From: Terriglobia bacterium
Lineage (GTDB): Bacteria; Acidobacteriota; Terriglobia; Acidiferrales; UBA7541
NCBI GenBank assembly: GCA_963695545.1
Contig: OY968796.1
Coordinates: forward strand, 992,001 to 1,056,000
Length of the DNA stretch: 64,000 nucleotides
Direction: 5' to 3'
Under the pieces are notes generated by a model. The model saw only the letters and a list, made by a program, of their open reading frames with translations. It made no database searches and was not told the DNA's origin. The position numbers and the translations under genes are program-made. Below are positions 49,081-58,742 of this stretch, piece by piece (the stretch's first letter is position 1; each line of letters begins with the position of its first letter).

Positions 49081-50588
49081 CCTGCCTGCGTCCGAAAGCT
49101 TTGTGGTCGCAGCGCCAAATCGGCATCCTTGCCCATCCGGACAACCAGTGGCAACAATGCCTCAACATCCGCGAGCGAAGTGCGAAAATTCACGATGCAC
49201 GCACGCAGCGCAAATTTTCCATTAATCACCGCATTCGAGAGATAAGCCTCGCCGCCGTTCTGCAAACGCGTCAGCAGCTCTCGATTTAGCTCGTCCAAAT
49301 ATCGCTCCACTACCTGATCGCCGCGCTCGAGATCTGGCGGCGCATAACGGAACGTGGTGATGCTCAATGATTGGGTGAACGCCTGGAGCGCGGGGTAGCG
49401 CGCTATTCGCTCGAAGAGTTCTCGGGCCAGGCGAATATCGTCGGACAGCATTTGGACGTAACCGTCGCGCCCGACCTGCTGCAGCGCGAGCCAAACTTTC
49501 AGCGCTCGAAACCCGCGCGAATTCTGCGGCCCAAGGTCGAAGTAATTGATCGCTTCCATCCCGAAATGATAGTAGGGAGGATGGTAGGCGAACGCGTCGC
49601 GCAATTTTTCGGAGTTACGTACCAGCGCGCAGCCCGCTTCAAGCGGCGCGTATAACCACTTATGAGGGTCCACGGCCACCGAATCGGCCTCACGCATTCC
49701 GGCGAGTGCGCCAGGCGCGTCCGGCAAAACCGCGGCCAGGCCGCCGTACGCGCCATCAACGTGGAACCAAAGATCGAACTCACGGCACATCGCCGCCAGT
49801 TCCGGCAATGGATCAATCGCGCCCGTGCTCACGGAACCTGCGGTGCCCACCACCAAAAATGGTCTGTCGCCGGATTTCATATCGCTCAAAATCTGTTCTC
49901 GCAGGGCCGCGACATCCATCCGCAGTTGGCCATCCGTCGCGATCCAGCGGATCGCGTCCGTGCCCAGCCCCGAAATGTCCGCGGCCTTTTGAATCCATGT
50001 GTGCGTTTCCTTTGAACAGTAGACGCGTAGACGCGCGCCGCCCATTCCCGCTGTGCGCACGTCCCACCCCGCTTTGGCTTGCCGAGCCGCGAGAAAGCAC
50101 ACGAAGTTGGCCATGTTCCCGCCGCTAACAAACAGACCTCCGCAATCCACAGGATAGTTCAGCATCTCGGCGACCCAGCGTATCGTTTGCGCTTCGATTT
50201 CGCTCGCCATCGGCGAGAGCGGCCACGCACCGACGTTTGGGTTCACCGTTGCGGCGAGCAATTCGCCCAACGCTCCAATCGGCGCGGCGGATGAGGTGAT
50301 GTATCCCCAAAAACGCGGATGTCCATTGAATAAGGAGTGCTCGAACAAAAGATCGGCGGCGCGATCGAGCAACACCGCTGCGTCCGTACCACGCTGCGGC
50401 AAAGAGCGCTCGGCCCCGAGAGCTTGTCGAACATCAGAAGGTGCTTCACCCGGAGTTACCCGTCGTTCGGGAAGCGAGTCGAGGAAGCCGGCGATCCGAT
50501 CGACAAGTTGGTAGCCCAACGCGCGAAACTCCTGCGAGCCCATGGCCAGTGGCGACACGCGTTCGCGCACACCGTCTTCGTTTTGCAT
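49077..50588 (-). CDS. Group II PLP-dependent decarboxylase
   Basis: HPRFWGY, SGGNMAN, HVDGAYG, DPHKWL, RALKVW. Confidence 0.9.
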   Translation of the reverse strand: MQNEDGVRERVSPLAMGSQEFRALGYQLVDRIAGFLDSLPERRVTPGEAPSDVRQALGAERSLPQRGTDAAVLLDRAADLLFEHSLFNGHPRFWGYITSSAAPIGALGELLAATVNPNVGAWPLSPMASEIEAQTIRWVAEMLNYPVDCGGLFVSGGNMANFVCFLAARQAKAGWDVRTAGMGGARLRVYCSKETHTWIQKAADISGLGTDAIRWIATDGQLRMDVAALREQILSDMKSGDRPFLVVGTAGSVSTGAIDPLPELAAMCREFDLWFHVDGAYGGLAAVLPDAPGALAGMREADSVAVDPHKWLYAPLEAGCALVRNSEKLRDAFAYHPPYYHFGMEAINYFDLGPQNSRGFRALKVWLALQQVGRDGYVQMLSDDIRLARELFERIARYPALQAFTQSLSITTFRYAPPDLERGDQVVERYLDELNRELLTRLQNGGEAYLSNAVINGKFALRACIVNFRTSLADVEALLPLVVRMGKDADLALRPQSFRTQAG

Positions 50589-50742
50589 TGCGCCCCCGGA
50601 AATATTTCTGACCACTCCGCACCTTATACCACTTCGCGAGAATCGCGATATCCGGCGTTTGCGCTCAAATCTTCAAGCGGCGCGCAATCTTTTGAGGAGT
50701 GATTTCGGATCGCCGTGGTCTACGTCGCGTGCGCGACAATGT

Positions 50743-52302
50743 TCACTGCCGCAAGCTGACGCGCAATCCCGATCGCCAGTTCTCTTGCACGCCCACGCGT
50801 GTCACTTCGATCTCCGGGCGCAGAAATCCAAGCAGCGTGTCCGTTGCGGGATGAAATCGCAGTGCCGGCGCCACCAGAAAAATGCGCGGCGGCTGGGCGC
50901 TGAGTTTGATTCCGTCGAAATATCCGTAGCGGTGAAAATCGTCTTGCTCCAGGTGACCGTTCACGCTCAGCCAGTAATCCGCCGCCTGCAGCACCAATTG
51001 CAAATCTTCGCCGGCCTTCAATTCCAAAATCGCCAGCCGCCCGTCGCGCGTGATGCCCAGCAAATCCAGCACTCCGCGCTCGCCGCCCGTCACCGCCGGA
51101 ACTTGCCGATAGATCCTCTGCGGATCTAGACGCGGATCCACGCGCGTCGGTTCTTCCTCCACTAAAGTTTCCAGCCATCGCTCCGGCTGGGCTCGGTACA
51201 ACGGATGCGACGTCTCGTGCGCCTTCGCGTGCCGGTGCGCGTCGAGCTGCCCGACCAACTCCGCAAGTTGCGGCCGCGTTCGCGCCGTCAGCGCCTCGCG
51301 CCTCAGGCCCAAACCGAAAACGATTCCGTTCGCATCCCACCGCGCGAACTCGAGTCCGCGAAACCGCAGCACAACGCTCCGCGCATCGGCCGCCGCGGAA
51401 GCTTGGATCGCTCGCCGCGCGAGCGCTCCTTTTGCCGCGAGCGCCATCACCGGCGCGATATCTGCGGCGGCTGCGGACAAAATGCTCTCCGCCTCGCGCC
51501 GCGGCACCAAGTGCATAGCCCAATTGCCGCCGCCCGCGCCCTCGAACCGCCGCACAATGCCGCGCTTCTCATCCAATTCATACAGCTCGATCCGCAAGCT
51601 CGGATCGAGCGCCTTGCTGCGTCGCGCCGCCGCATTCAAAGCCGCGCCCGCCGGCAAAAACAATCTGAGTCCCGCGACCGGTGGCCCTGCAGCCCTGCGT
51701 CGCGCTTGCGCCAACCACAAAAGTCCGGCAGTCAAGCTCGCATCGAGCGTCGGCGCGCTTTCTTCCGCCGATACGCCGAGCGCGGCCCAGGCCGTGCTGC
51801 CGCTCCGCAAAATCCCGCGCGCGTAACACCCGGAGAGCGAATGCTCAAGCCGCGCCGCAGTCGTCATCGATTCCACTGTGTCGTCGGCAAACTGATTTTG
51901 CAGGATCGCCAAACACCGTTCGCCGAACGATTTGCGCCGATTTTTTCCCGCCGGCCGTTCGCGCCCCGCCACGCGAATCTCAAGCACCTCGGGACGCTTG
52001 CGCCCGAAGCGCTGCACTTCAAAGCTCACGCTCTCCGCCGATTCCTCTGCGATCCCCACGACGCGCCGCACCAGATTCTGCGCGTCGTTCTGCACTCCAT
52101 TTGCCGCGTCGCTCGGCGCATCGCTTTGCGATTCCGACCACAGATGCAGCAGCGGCGCCGCGCCCTGCGGCCGCACCTCATAGCGCAGACCGTCCGCCAG
52201 TCCCGGAACGCGCCGTCCATTCTCGTGCACTTCAAGCGGCCCGCATTTCGCAAGCTCCGCCAGCGCGCGCTCGATCTCAGCTGCAAGTTGCATCGGCGCC
52301 AA
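50743..52302 (-). CDS. Hypothetical protein with C-terminal PD-(D/E)XK (NucS-like) nuclease domain
   Basis: PERWLE...LDLLG...ILELK...QAADYW. Confidence 0.65.
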   Translation of the reverse strand: MAPMQLAAEIERALAELAKCGPLEVHENGRRVPGLADGLRYEVRPQGAAPLLHLWSESQSDAPSDAANGVQNDAQNLVRRVVGIAEESAESVSFEVQRFGRKRPEVLEIRVAGRERPAGKNRRKSFGERCLAILQNQFADDTVESMTTAARLEHSLSGCYARGILRSGSTAWAALGVSAEESAPTLDASLTAGLLWLAQARRRAAGPPVAGLRLFLPAGAALNAAARRSKALDPSLRIELYELDEKRGIVRRFEGAGGGNWAMHLVPRREAESILSAAAADIAPVMALAAKGALARRAIQASAAADARSVVLRFRGLEFARWDANGIVFGLGLRREALTARTRPQLAELVGQLDAHRHAKAHETSHPLYRAQPERWLETLVEEEPTRVDPRLDPQRIYRQVPAVTGGERGVLDLLGITRDGRLAILELKAGEDLQLVLQAADYWLSVNGHLEQDDFHRYGYFDGIKLSAQPPRIFLVAPALRFHPATDTLLGFLRPEIEVTRVGVQENWRSGLRVSLRQ

Positions 52303-52327
52303 TTATAGAGAAGTGAATTAATTCAGC

Positions 52328-52600
52328 CTAGTCCCGCGCCGCCGAATTACGTTTCTTGCGGCCCGTCGACGAATTCCTTGCGCTCTTCGCATTCCGCTCG
52401 ACGCGCAACTTCCACGCGGTATGCAGCGCGCCGGCCAACACGTCCTCATCCGCCGCGGCCACGGCGCGCGCCCGCCTCCCCGCGTCGCGCGAAAACCAAG
52501 AACGCCGCTCTCGAAATCCCCGCGCGCTGGTGGCTGAAAACCACCACCCTCGCTTGAAATGCACCATCGATCCGCATTTAGCAAACGCCCTGATCCTCAA
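52328..52600 (-). pseudogene. Possible remnant of an MmcQ/YjbR-family gene
   Basis: C-terminal ADEDVLAGALHTAWKLR resembles YjbR ends; N-terminus not recognisable. Confidence 0.3.
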
Positions 52601-52662
52601 TCACAATCCCCATCGGATTGAAAAAGGTGCACTTACGCGCCATCACGAATCAGCCTCCGGTT

Positions 52663-52678
52663 TGGCACGCTCCTTGCA
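52663..52678 (+). promoter_or_regulatory. Sigma-54 -24/-12 promoter
   Basis: TGGCACG-CTCC-TTGCA, an exact consensus match ending 58 nt before ATG 52737. Confidence 0.85.
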
Positions 52679-52736
52679 TTAATTAACGCTGTAATTCGAG
52701 ATCGAACCGGACTTTGGGATCTCAGAAGGGGCCAAA

Positions 52737-53366
52737 ATGAGATATCTAAAAATCGTCACATTACTTGGCGCTTGCTTGCTCTTCGTACCTTACGCGCACG
52801 CACAAGGAGTTGAGGTCGGCGTTGGAGTCGGCCCGGCCTACGTTGGACCAGCTCCCGTGTGCGCCTATGGCTACTATGATTATTACCCCTACGACTGCGC
52901 GCCCTACGGCTTCTACGGCCCTAGCTGGTTCGACGGAGGCGTCTTCATCGGCGCCGGTCCGTGGTTCCACGGTCGCGGCTTCTACGGAGGCCCCGGCTAC
53001 TACGGCCGCGGTGGCTACGGCTACGTTGGTCGCGGCGGGTACGGCTACGCCGGGCGCGGCGGGTACGGCTACGCTGGACGCGGCGCCTACGGTGGACGCG
53101 GCTTTAATCCCGGCGGACCGATCGCCCGCGGAAGCTCACACGGTGCCTACGAAGGTGGCGGATACGCTCGCGGTTACTCTGGCGGCAACGCACGCGGCGG
53201 CGGTGGCTACGCACGCGGCGGAGGCGGGGGTTACGCCCGCGGTGGTGGCGGTGGCTACGCCCGCGGTGGTGGCGGTGGCTATGCACGCGGTGGTGGTGGC
53301 GGAGGCGGCTTCCACGGTGGTGGCGGTCACGGTGGCGGAGGGGGCCACGGTGGCGGACATCGCTAA
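52737..53366 (+). CDS. Secreted Gly/Tyr/Arg-rich low-complexity protein
   Basis: Signal peptide ending AHA-Q; CAYGYYDYYPYDCAPYG motif; 8-aa repeats GRGGYGYA and GYARGGGG. Confidence 0.8.
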   Translation: MRYLKIVTLLGACLLFVPYAHAQGVEVGVGVGPAYVGPAPVCAYGYYDYYPYDCAPYGFYGPSWFDGGVFIGAGPWFHGRGFYGGPGYYGRGGYGYVGRGGYGYAGRGGYGYAGRGAYGGRGFNPGGPIARGSSHGAYEGGGYARGYSGGNARGGGGYARGGGGGYARGGGGGYARGGGGGYARGGGGGGGFHGGGGHGGGGGHGGGHR

Positions 53367-53403
53367 ATCTCGTCTCTGAGCAAACACGCTCAGCGACAAT
53401 CGC

Positions 53404-53445
53404 AAACGGCCGACAGCTCCCCCGCTGCCGGCCGTTTCTTTTTTT
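53404..53445 (+). terminator. Intrinsic terminator
   Basis: AAACGGCCG/CGGCCGTTT stem followed by a T-run. Confidence 0.75.
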
Positions 53446-53465
53446 GTTCGGCCGAACTGGTGCCT

Positions 53466-53503
53466 GGGTGCCCCACACGCAGTAGTCGCGTGTGGGGTTT
53501 TTT
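53466..53503 (+). repeat. REP-like palindrome (GGGTGCCCCAC family) with T-tail
   Basis: CCCCACACGC/GCGTGTGGGG stem. Confidence 0.6.
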
Positions 53504-53616
53504 CATTCACGCTCGCCTCGCAGTCGCCTGCCCGCCGGAGGCGGGAAGATTCCCTCTTGCGTTTGCCAGTCGTTCTTGGAACCGCTCGGCTCCGCGATTT
53601 TCCGCAAACGCCGCTC

Positions 53617-54294
53617 CTACGCCGCTCCCCGCCGCGAATACCCATCAATCCGTTTCTTGTAAAGCAGCAGCACGCTCGGACCAAACGCGAGCAGCATGAT
53701 CGCGATCCCCGTCGCGATTCCAAAACTCGTCGCGACAGGCGCCGAGCAGTCGTCCTTGCGCCGCACGATGATGTGGCTCGGCACCGCGATCAGCAGCTCC
53801 AGCACGCTCCCGCGCAGCAACCACGAAATCACGCGCGTCACCGCATCGCTCGATCCCCGCAGATAAACGTAAAAGAAAATCCCCCACAGCGCCCACAGCG
53901 CCGCCACAAAACACACGATCTCCCTGGCGCTCGCGATCACAAACGAATTCGCGAAATCGTCGCCGCGCACCACAAATCCCACGCACCAAATCGCCGCCGC
54001 CGTCAGCAGCGCCGTCAGCCCGGCCGCCACCGTGCCCGAAATCGCGATGTGCGCTCGCGGCCGCAGCCGCCGCCACGACGTGTCCACGCGCAAAAAAAGC
54101 AGCGCAGCCTCGCCGCACACAACCATCCCCACAGGGAGCCAGAAAAGCCAGCTTGCGTACACCAACTCCAGATTTGTCCTCAACAATGACCACGTCGCGT
54201 TGTCGCCTCCCATCACCCAAATCGCGCCCGGCGTCAGGAGCCCCAAAACGATCAGCGCGTAAACCACCGTAATCACGATCCCCCATTTGCGCAT
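53617..54294 (-). CDS. Hypothetical membrane protein (~6 TM)
   Basis: GAGGAGG RBS; hydrophobic helices; GSVLELLIAVPSH..RRKDDC motif. Confidence 0.7.
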   Translation of the reverse strand: MRKWGIVITVVYALIVLGLLTPGAIWVMGGDNATWSLLRTNLELVYASWLFWLPVGMVVCGEAALLFLRVDTSWRRLRPRAHIAISGTVAAGLTALLTAAAIWCVGFVVRGDDFANSFVIASAREIVCFVAALWALWGIFFYVYLRGSSDAVTRVISWLLRGSVLELLIAVPSHIIVRRKDDCSAPVATSFGIATGIAIMLLAFGPSVLLLYKKRIDGYSRRGAA

Positions 54295-54618
54295 GGCCCC
54301 TCCTCTCGACGCCCCTCTCTATCACACTCCCCGCGCCTTAGATCGGAAAATTCGTTCGGTCGAGCAGGCCGGCGGCGAGCGTTTCCTGCGAGTCCGAACA
54401 ACCCGCGGCGCCGCATGTCTCCGCCTGCGGCGAATATTCCCACAGCATTCACGGTTCGTTCACATTGCTCGTGTAAATCCTAAGGCATCGTTGCCGACCG
54501 TGGAAGCAGATTGGGGCCTGCCCCTGTCGCAACCAAGTGCGTGACGCGCTCCGTAGCGCTTCCCACGGGCCTGATTGAAAAAGCAAGCCATCCCAATAAA
54601 TGCAAATGGAGAGCGCGC

Positions 54619-57600
54619 ATGAAGATTCAAATGCCGGTGACGCAGGCAATCAGCAGTAATCACTCCACGCGGCCGCACATCCTCCCCGTGATTCGATTCG
54701 CGATCGTTGCGCTCGCGATGATCGTCGCAAGCTTGCCGGCGCGCGCTCAATCCGAAAACGCCGAGGTCCTGGGATCCGTTCGCGATGCGACCGGAGCATC
54801 CGTCGCCGGCGCCGACGTGACGCTCACGAATCAGGGCACCCACATTCAGGACAAGACCACCACCGACGGCCAGGGAGATTACGACTTCCTGAATGTCCCC
54901 ATCGGTCAGTACGAGATTTCAGCTGAGCACACCGGCTTTTCCATTTTCACCTCGGACTTTCGCCTGGACGTCGGCGCTCGGCAGCGCGTGGACATCGCGC
55001 TGCAAGTTGGCGCAAGTTCCGCCACCGTCGTGGTCACCGGCGCGGCCGTTCCGCTCGACACCGATTCGAGCGACCACGGCCAAATCATCAGCACCGCAGC
55101 CGTCGCCGAGCTCCCGCTCATCGGCCGCAACTACGCCGACCTCGCGCTGCTCTCCACGAACGCCGTGAAATCTCCGATCGCCGATTCTTTCGGCCCCACT
55201 GGCACGCCGCGCGAGGGCGCCTTCAACGTAAACGGCATGCGCAGCACCTACAACAATTTTCTCCTGGACGGCGAGGACAACAACGCCTACTCGACCAGCA
55301 ACCAGGGCTACTCCGCGCAAGTCGTCCAGCCATCGCCCGACGCCATCGCCGAATTCAAAGTGATCACCGGCGATTACAGCGCCGAGTACGGCCGCGTCGG
55401 CGGCGCCGTGGTGGACGCTGTCATGAAATCCGGAACCAATCAGTTTCACGGCAGCACCTACGAATTTGTGCGCAACACCGTCCTGAACGCCACAGGCTTC
55501 CTGTTCAGTCCGGCCCCCAAAAACCCGCTCGAGAGAAACCAGTTCGGAGCGACCGTCGGCGGCCCGGTCCTCAAAAACAAACTTTTCTTCTTCGGCGACT
55601 ACGAAGGCTTCCGGCAAAATCAGAGATACAATAATTACGACTCCATTCCCACCGCGGCCGAAGTCGGCGGCGTTTTGCCCGTAACGGTCGTAGATGATCT
55701 GACTGGCACGGTCTACAACGCCGGAACCACGATTCCCATCGCCACTCTGAATCCGTTTGCTGCGACCGTTCTGAGCGCACTCCCCCCGACCACCCCCGGC
55801 CTCACCGGAGCCTCCAACAATTTGCTCGAGCAGTTACTCATCACCGATGACGACGACAAGTACGACGTGAAGATCGATGGCAAATTCACCAACACCATGT
55901 CCGGCTTCCTCCGCTTCAGCGAGCGTTGGGACACTCAATATTTCCAGCCGGATATCCCCGGTGCGTCGGGCGGCAACGGCAACGGCCACATTAAGGCCGA
56001 CGATCAGAACGTCTCGGTTGGTTATGTCTGGTCCCTGTCCTCGACCTCCATTTTCGAGGCTCGCTTTGGCCTCTCCCACATCGCCGCCGGAAAAACACCG
56101 GTCACTCTCGGCGAAGAAAGCATGCTCGCGCTCTACGGCATCGCCGGCCTGCCGACCGGCTCGAATCTCACCGGCGGCCTCAACTCCCAAGCGGTCAGCG
56201 GCCTCAGCCAGTTCGGCCGCCAAACCAGCAATCCCCAGTTCCAGAACCCCACTTCGTTTGGCCCGAAGTTCAGCTATTCAAAGATCGTCGGCCGCCACTC
56301 TCTGAAAATGGGCTACGAATTCATGGCCATTCGCACCGAGATCCTGGACGTCAACCCGCTCTACGGCGAAGACACCTACGCCGGTCAGTTCAGCAAACCC
56401 ACCTGCGGCCAATTGGGCATGGCCACCGGCTGCACGATTGCCAGCAATGCCACGGCTTACAATTTGGCGGATTTCATCTTCGGCACCCCCAGCACCATCA
56501 ACCTCGGCAACGATGACGTCGTCAATCTCCGCCAGCACATCCAGGCCCTCTACTTTCAAGACGACTATCGCGTGACTCCCAAGCTCACCCTGAATCTCGG
56601 CTTGCGCTGGGACTTCGCCACGCCGCTCTACGAGCGCGACAACAACTACTCCGATTTCAATCCCGCCAACGACACCATGACCCCCGCCACCAGCGGAAGT
56701 CTTTTCCAGCGTTCCCTGGTTCATCCCGACTACAAAAACTACGGCCCGCGCATCGGCCTGGCCTACAGCTTTTTGCCGAAAACCGTTTTCCGCGCGGCCT
56801 ATGGCATCAGCTACGACTATTTCAACCGCGTCGGCAGCGCGCTTGAAGGCATCAACGCTCCGCAAGCGCTTTTCGGCGTAATCAGTCAATCGATTCCCGC
56901 GGGCGGTCCGGTGCCCTCCAATTTTCTCATCACCAAGAATAGTTTCACCACCGGCATCGACGTCCCCGCGAACTTCAATCCTCTGGTTTCCAACGTGGTC
57001 TACATTCCGGCGAACAGCCCGTGGCCGTACATTCAAACCTGGTTCGCCGGAATTCAACAGGAAATCACGCCCAATACCATTCTCGAAGTCGACTACAACG
57101 GAAATCACAGCCTGGATCTCCCGATCCTCGCCGATTACAATCAGGCCGCTCCCAACGCCGTCGGCGGCACTCTCTCCATCGCCGCCCGCGTGCCGATTCC
57201 AACCTACGGACCGATCACCTGGGTCGATCCCGTCGGCAACAATAATTACAACGGCCTCTCGTTTCGCGCCGAACACCGCTTCACCGGCGGCTTATATTTC
57301 CTGAATTCGTTCACCTGGGGCAAAGCGCTCGGCGATTCCGAGCAAGCCCTCGAGTACTATGCCGGCTACGTCGAAGCCAATCCGCAAAACATTCACGATC
57401 TCTCCGCCGAATATGGCCCTTCCAGCTTCGACGTGAAGCTCAACAACGTCACCTCGATCGTCTATCAGCTTCCTTTCGGCCGCGGCCTCAGATACGGCTC
57501 GAAAATGAATCGCGGCGAAGACGCCGCCCTCGGCGGATGGGAACTCAACTTCATCAACTCCGCGCACACCGGCACGCCCCTCAACGTTTACTACGGTCCC

Positions 57601-58002
57601 ACCAGCACAGAGAGCGTCTCCAGCCTGACCAACGACTATCGCGGTGAACCTTTCCTGCGTCCCGACGTCACCGGCAGCGCCGTCTCCCAATCCACGGCCC
57701 AAATGCTCAAAACTTATTTCGCCGGCTACACCTTCACCATCCCGCCCATCAACACTCCCTTCGGCGATATCAGCCGAAACGATTTCCGCACTCCCGGCCT
57801 CGAGCAATTGGATTTTTCGCTCGACAAAACTTTCCAGATCACCGAAGGCATTCGCCTGCAGTTCCGCTCCGAATTCTTCAACGTCATGAATCACACAAAT
57901 TTCGGCATCCCCAACACCCAAACCACCTCCGCCGCGTTCGGCACCATCACCACCACGTACCCGGCGCGCCAGATTCAGTTCGGCCTCAAGCTACTTTTCT
58001 AG
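54619..58002 (+). CDS. Oar-like TonB-dependent receptor with carboxypeptidase regulatory-like N-domain
   Basis: GSVRDATGA, LPLIGRNY, KSGTNQFHG, RNQFG, QDDYRV, C-terminal RQIQFGLKLLF; start uncertain. Confidence 0.9.
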   Translation: MKIQMPVTQAISSNHSTRPHILPVIRFAIVALAMIVASLPARAQSENAEVLGSVRDATGASVAGADVTLTNQGTHIQDKTTTDGQGDYDFLNVPIGQYEISAEHTGFSIFTSDFRLDVGARQRVDIALQVGASSATVVVTGAAVPLDTDSSDHGQIISTAAVAELPLIGRNYADLALLSTNAVKSPIADSFGPTGTPREGAFNVNGMRSTYNNFLLDGEDNNAYSTSNQGYSAQVVQPSPDAIAEFKVITGDYSAEYGRVGGAVVDAVMKSGTNQFHGSTYEFVRNTVLNATGFLFSPAPKNPLERNQFGATVGGPVLKNKLFFFGDYEGFRQNQRYNNYDSIPTAAEVGGVLPVTVVDDLTGTVYNAGTTIPIATLNPFAATVLSALPPTTPGLTGASNNLLEQLLITDDDDKYDVKIDGKFTNTMSGFLRFSERWDTQYFQPDIPGASGGNGNGHIKADDQNVSVGYVWSLSSTSIFEARFGLSHIAAGKTPVTLGEESMLALYGIAGLPTGSNLTGGLNSQAVSGLSQFGRQTSNPQFQNPTSFGPKFSYSKIVGRHSLKMGYEFMAIRTEILDVNPLYGEDTYAGQFSKPTCGQLGMATGCTIASNATAYNLADFIFGTPSTINLGNDDVVNLRQHIQALYFQDDYRVTPKLTLNLGLRWDFATPLYERDNNYSDFNPANDTMTPATSGSLFQRSLVHPDYKNYGPRIGLAYSFLPKTVFRAAYGISYDYFNRVGSALEGINAPQALFGVISQSIPAGGPVPSNFLITKNSFTTGIDVPANFNPLVSNVVYIPANSPWPYIQTWFAGIQQEITPNTILEVDYNGNHSLDLPILADYNQAAPNAVGGTLSIAARVPIPTYGPITWVDPVGNNNYNGLSFRAEHRFTGGLYFLNSFTWGKALGDSEQALEYYAGYVEANPQNIHDLSAEYGPSSFDVKLNNVTSIVYQLPFGRGLRYGSKMNRGEDAALGGWELNFINSAHTGTPLNVYYGPTSTESVSSLTNDYRGEPFLRPDVTGSAVSQSTAQMLKTYFAGYTFTIPPINTPFGDISRNDFRTPGLEQLDFSLDKTFQITEGIRLQFRSEFFNVMNHTNFGIPNTQTTSAAFGTITTTYPARQIQFGLKLLF

Positions 58003-58017
58003 AATCTATCTCGACAC

Positions 58018-58273
58018 CGGGTGCCCCATCCTTGCGCGCCCCGCAAGGGTGGGGATTCTCCCTCGCCGCTTTTGCCGTAACGTTGTCATCCCGAACCCGG
58101 TCGCCGGCCCTCGGCGAACGCGGGACCGCAGCGGAGGCACCTCTCCGCCGGTTCTTACTTCGCACTTTTCTCCCCACACCGCCCACCACCCAACCGTCAT
58201 TCTGAGCGGAGAGGCGGCTCTTTTTCCGCCCGTCCGCGTCCGCGGACGAGTCGCCTTGCAGTCGAAGAATCCC
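58018..58273 (+). repeat. Cluster of palindromic intergenic repeats (one GGGTGCCCCATCC and two GTCAT-headed)
   Basis: 58018-58054, 58085-58143 and 58196-58273 (GTCATTCTGAGC...GTCGAAGAATCCC). Confidence 0.65.
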
Positions 58274-58304
58274 TCCCGCGGTTGCCCCGCCTTCCCGCTC
58301 CTCT

Positions 58305-58660
58305 GTTCGAAATGAAATTGGTACTTTTCCACCCAATCTATTCGAATAGCTCATAAAATATCGTTGACACACTAGTATTGTTCATGCTAGCGTACGGAAT
58401 GAGCCGCGAACAAACTTCCTCGTCCCAGATTGCGCCAACAACGCGCCCTGCCCCGCGCCATCTTTCCCCGTCCGTGTCGCACTCTTCTGCACAAAAACGC
58501 CTCTCCATCCACTTTAGTTTCAATCGATTGCAAATGAGTGCGCATCTCATTGAAACCATTCGATATCAACGCACTTGTTTTCACACTCATCCGCACTCTT
58601 TTCCTGGAAGTCCTTTGTTTGCAGCTTTTTACGATTTTGGTACGGGGGTGTATATAGGGG
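58305..58660 (+). repeat. Dispersed AT-rich intergenic element, copy B
   Basis: Colinear similarity to 15795-16197 (-). Confidence 0.75.
58364..58393 (+). promoter_or_regulatory. Sigma-70-like promoter TTGACA-18-TAGCGT with extended TG
   Basis: Perfect -35 box; ATG lies 5 nt after the -10 box. Confidence 0.55.
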
Positions 58661-58742
58661 CGGCTCCAAAATTACCAACGCCCGCCGCCGCTGCGCCCGC
58701 CTCACAGGTTCGCACATCGAATGCCTGGGGGGTAACACGACC

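Noticed and set aside
53003..53300. CRISPR-like array
   Set aside because: Repeats are contiguous, in-frame coding units with no spacers; no cas genes
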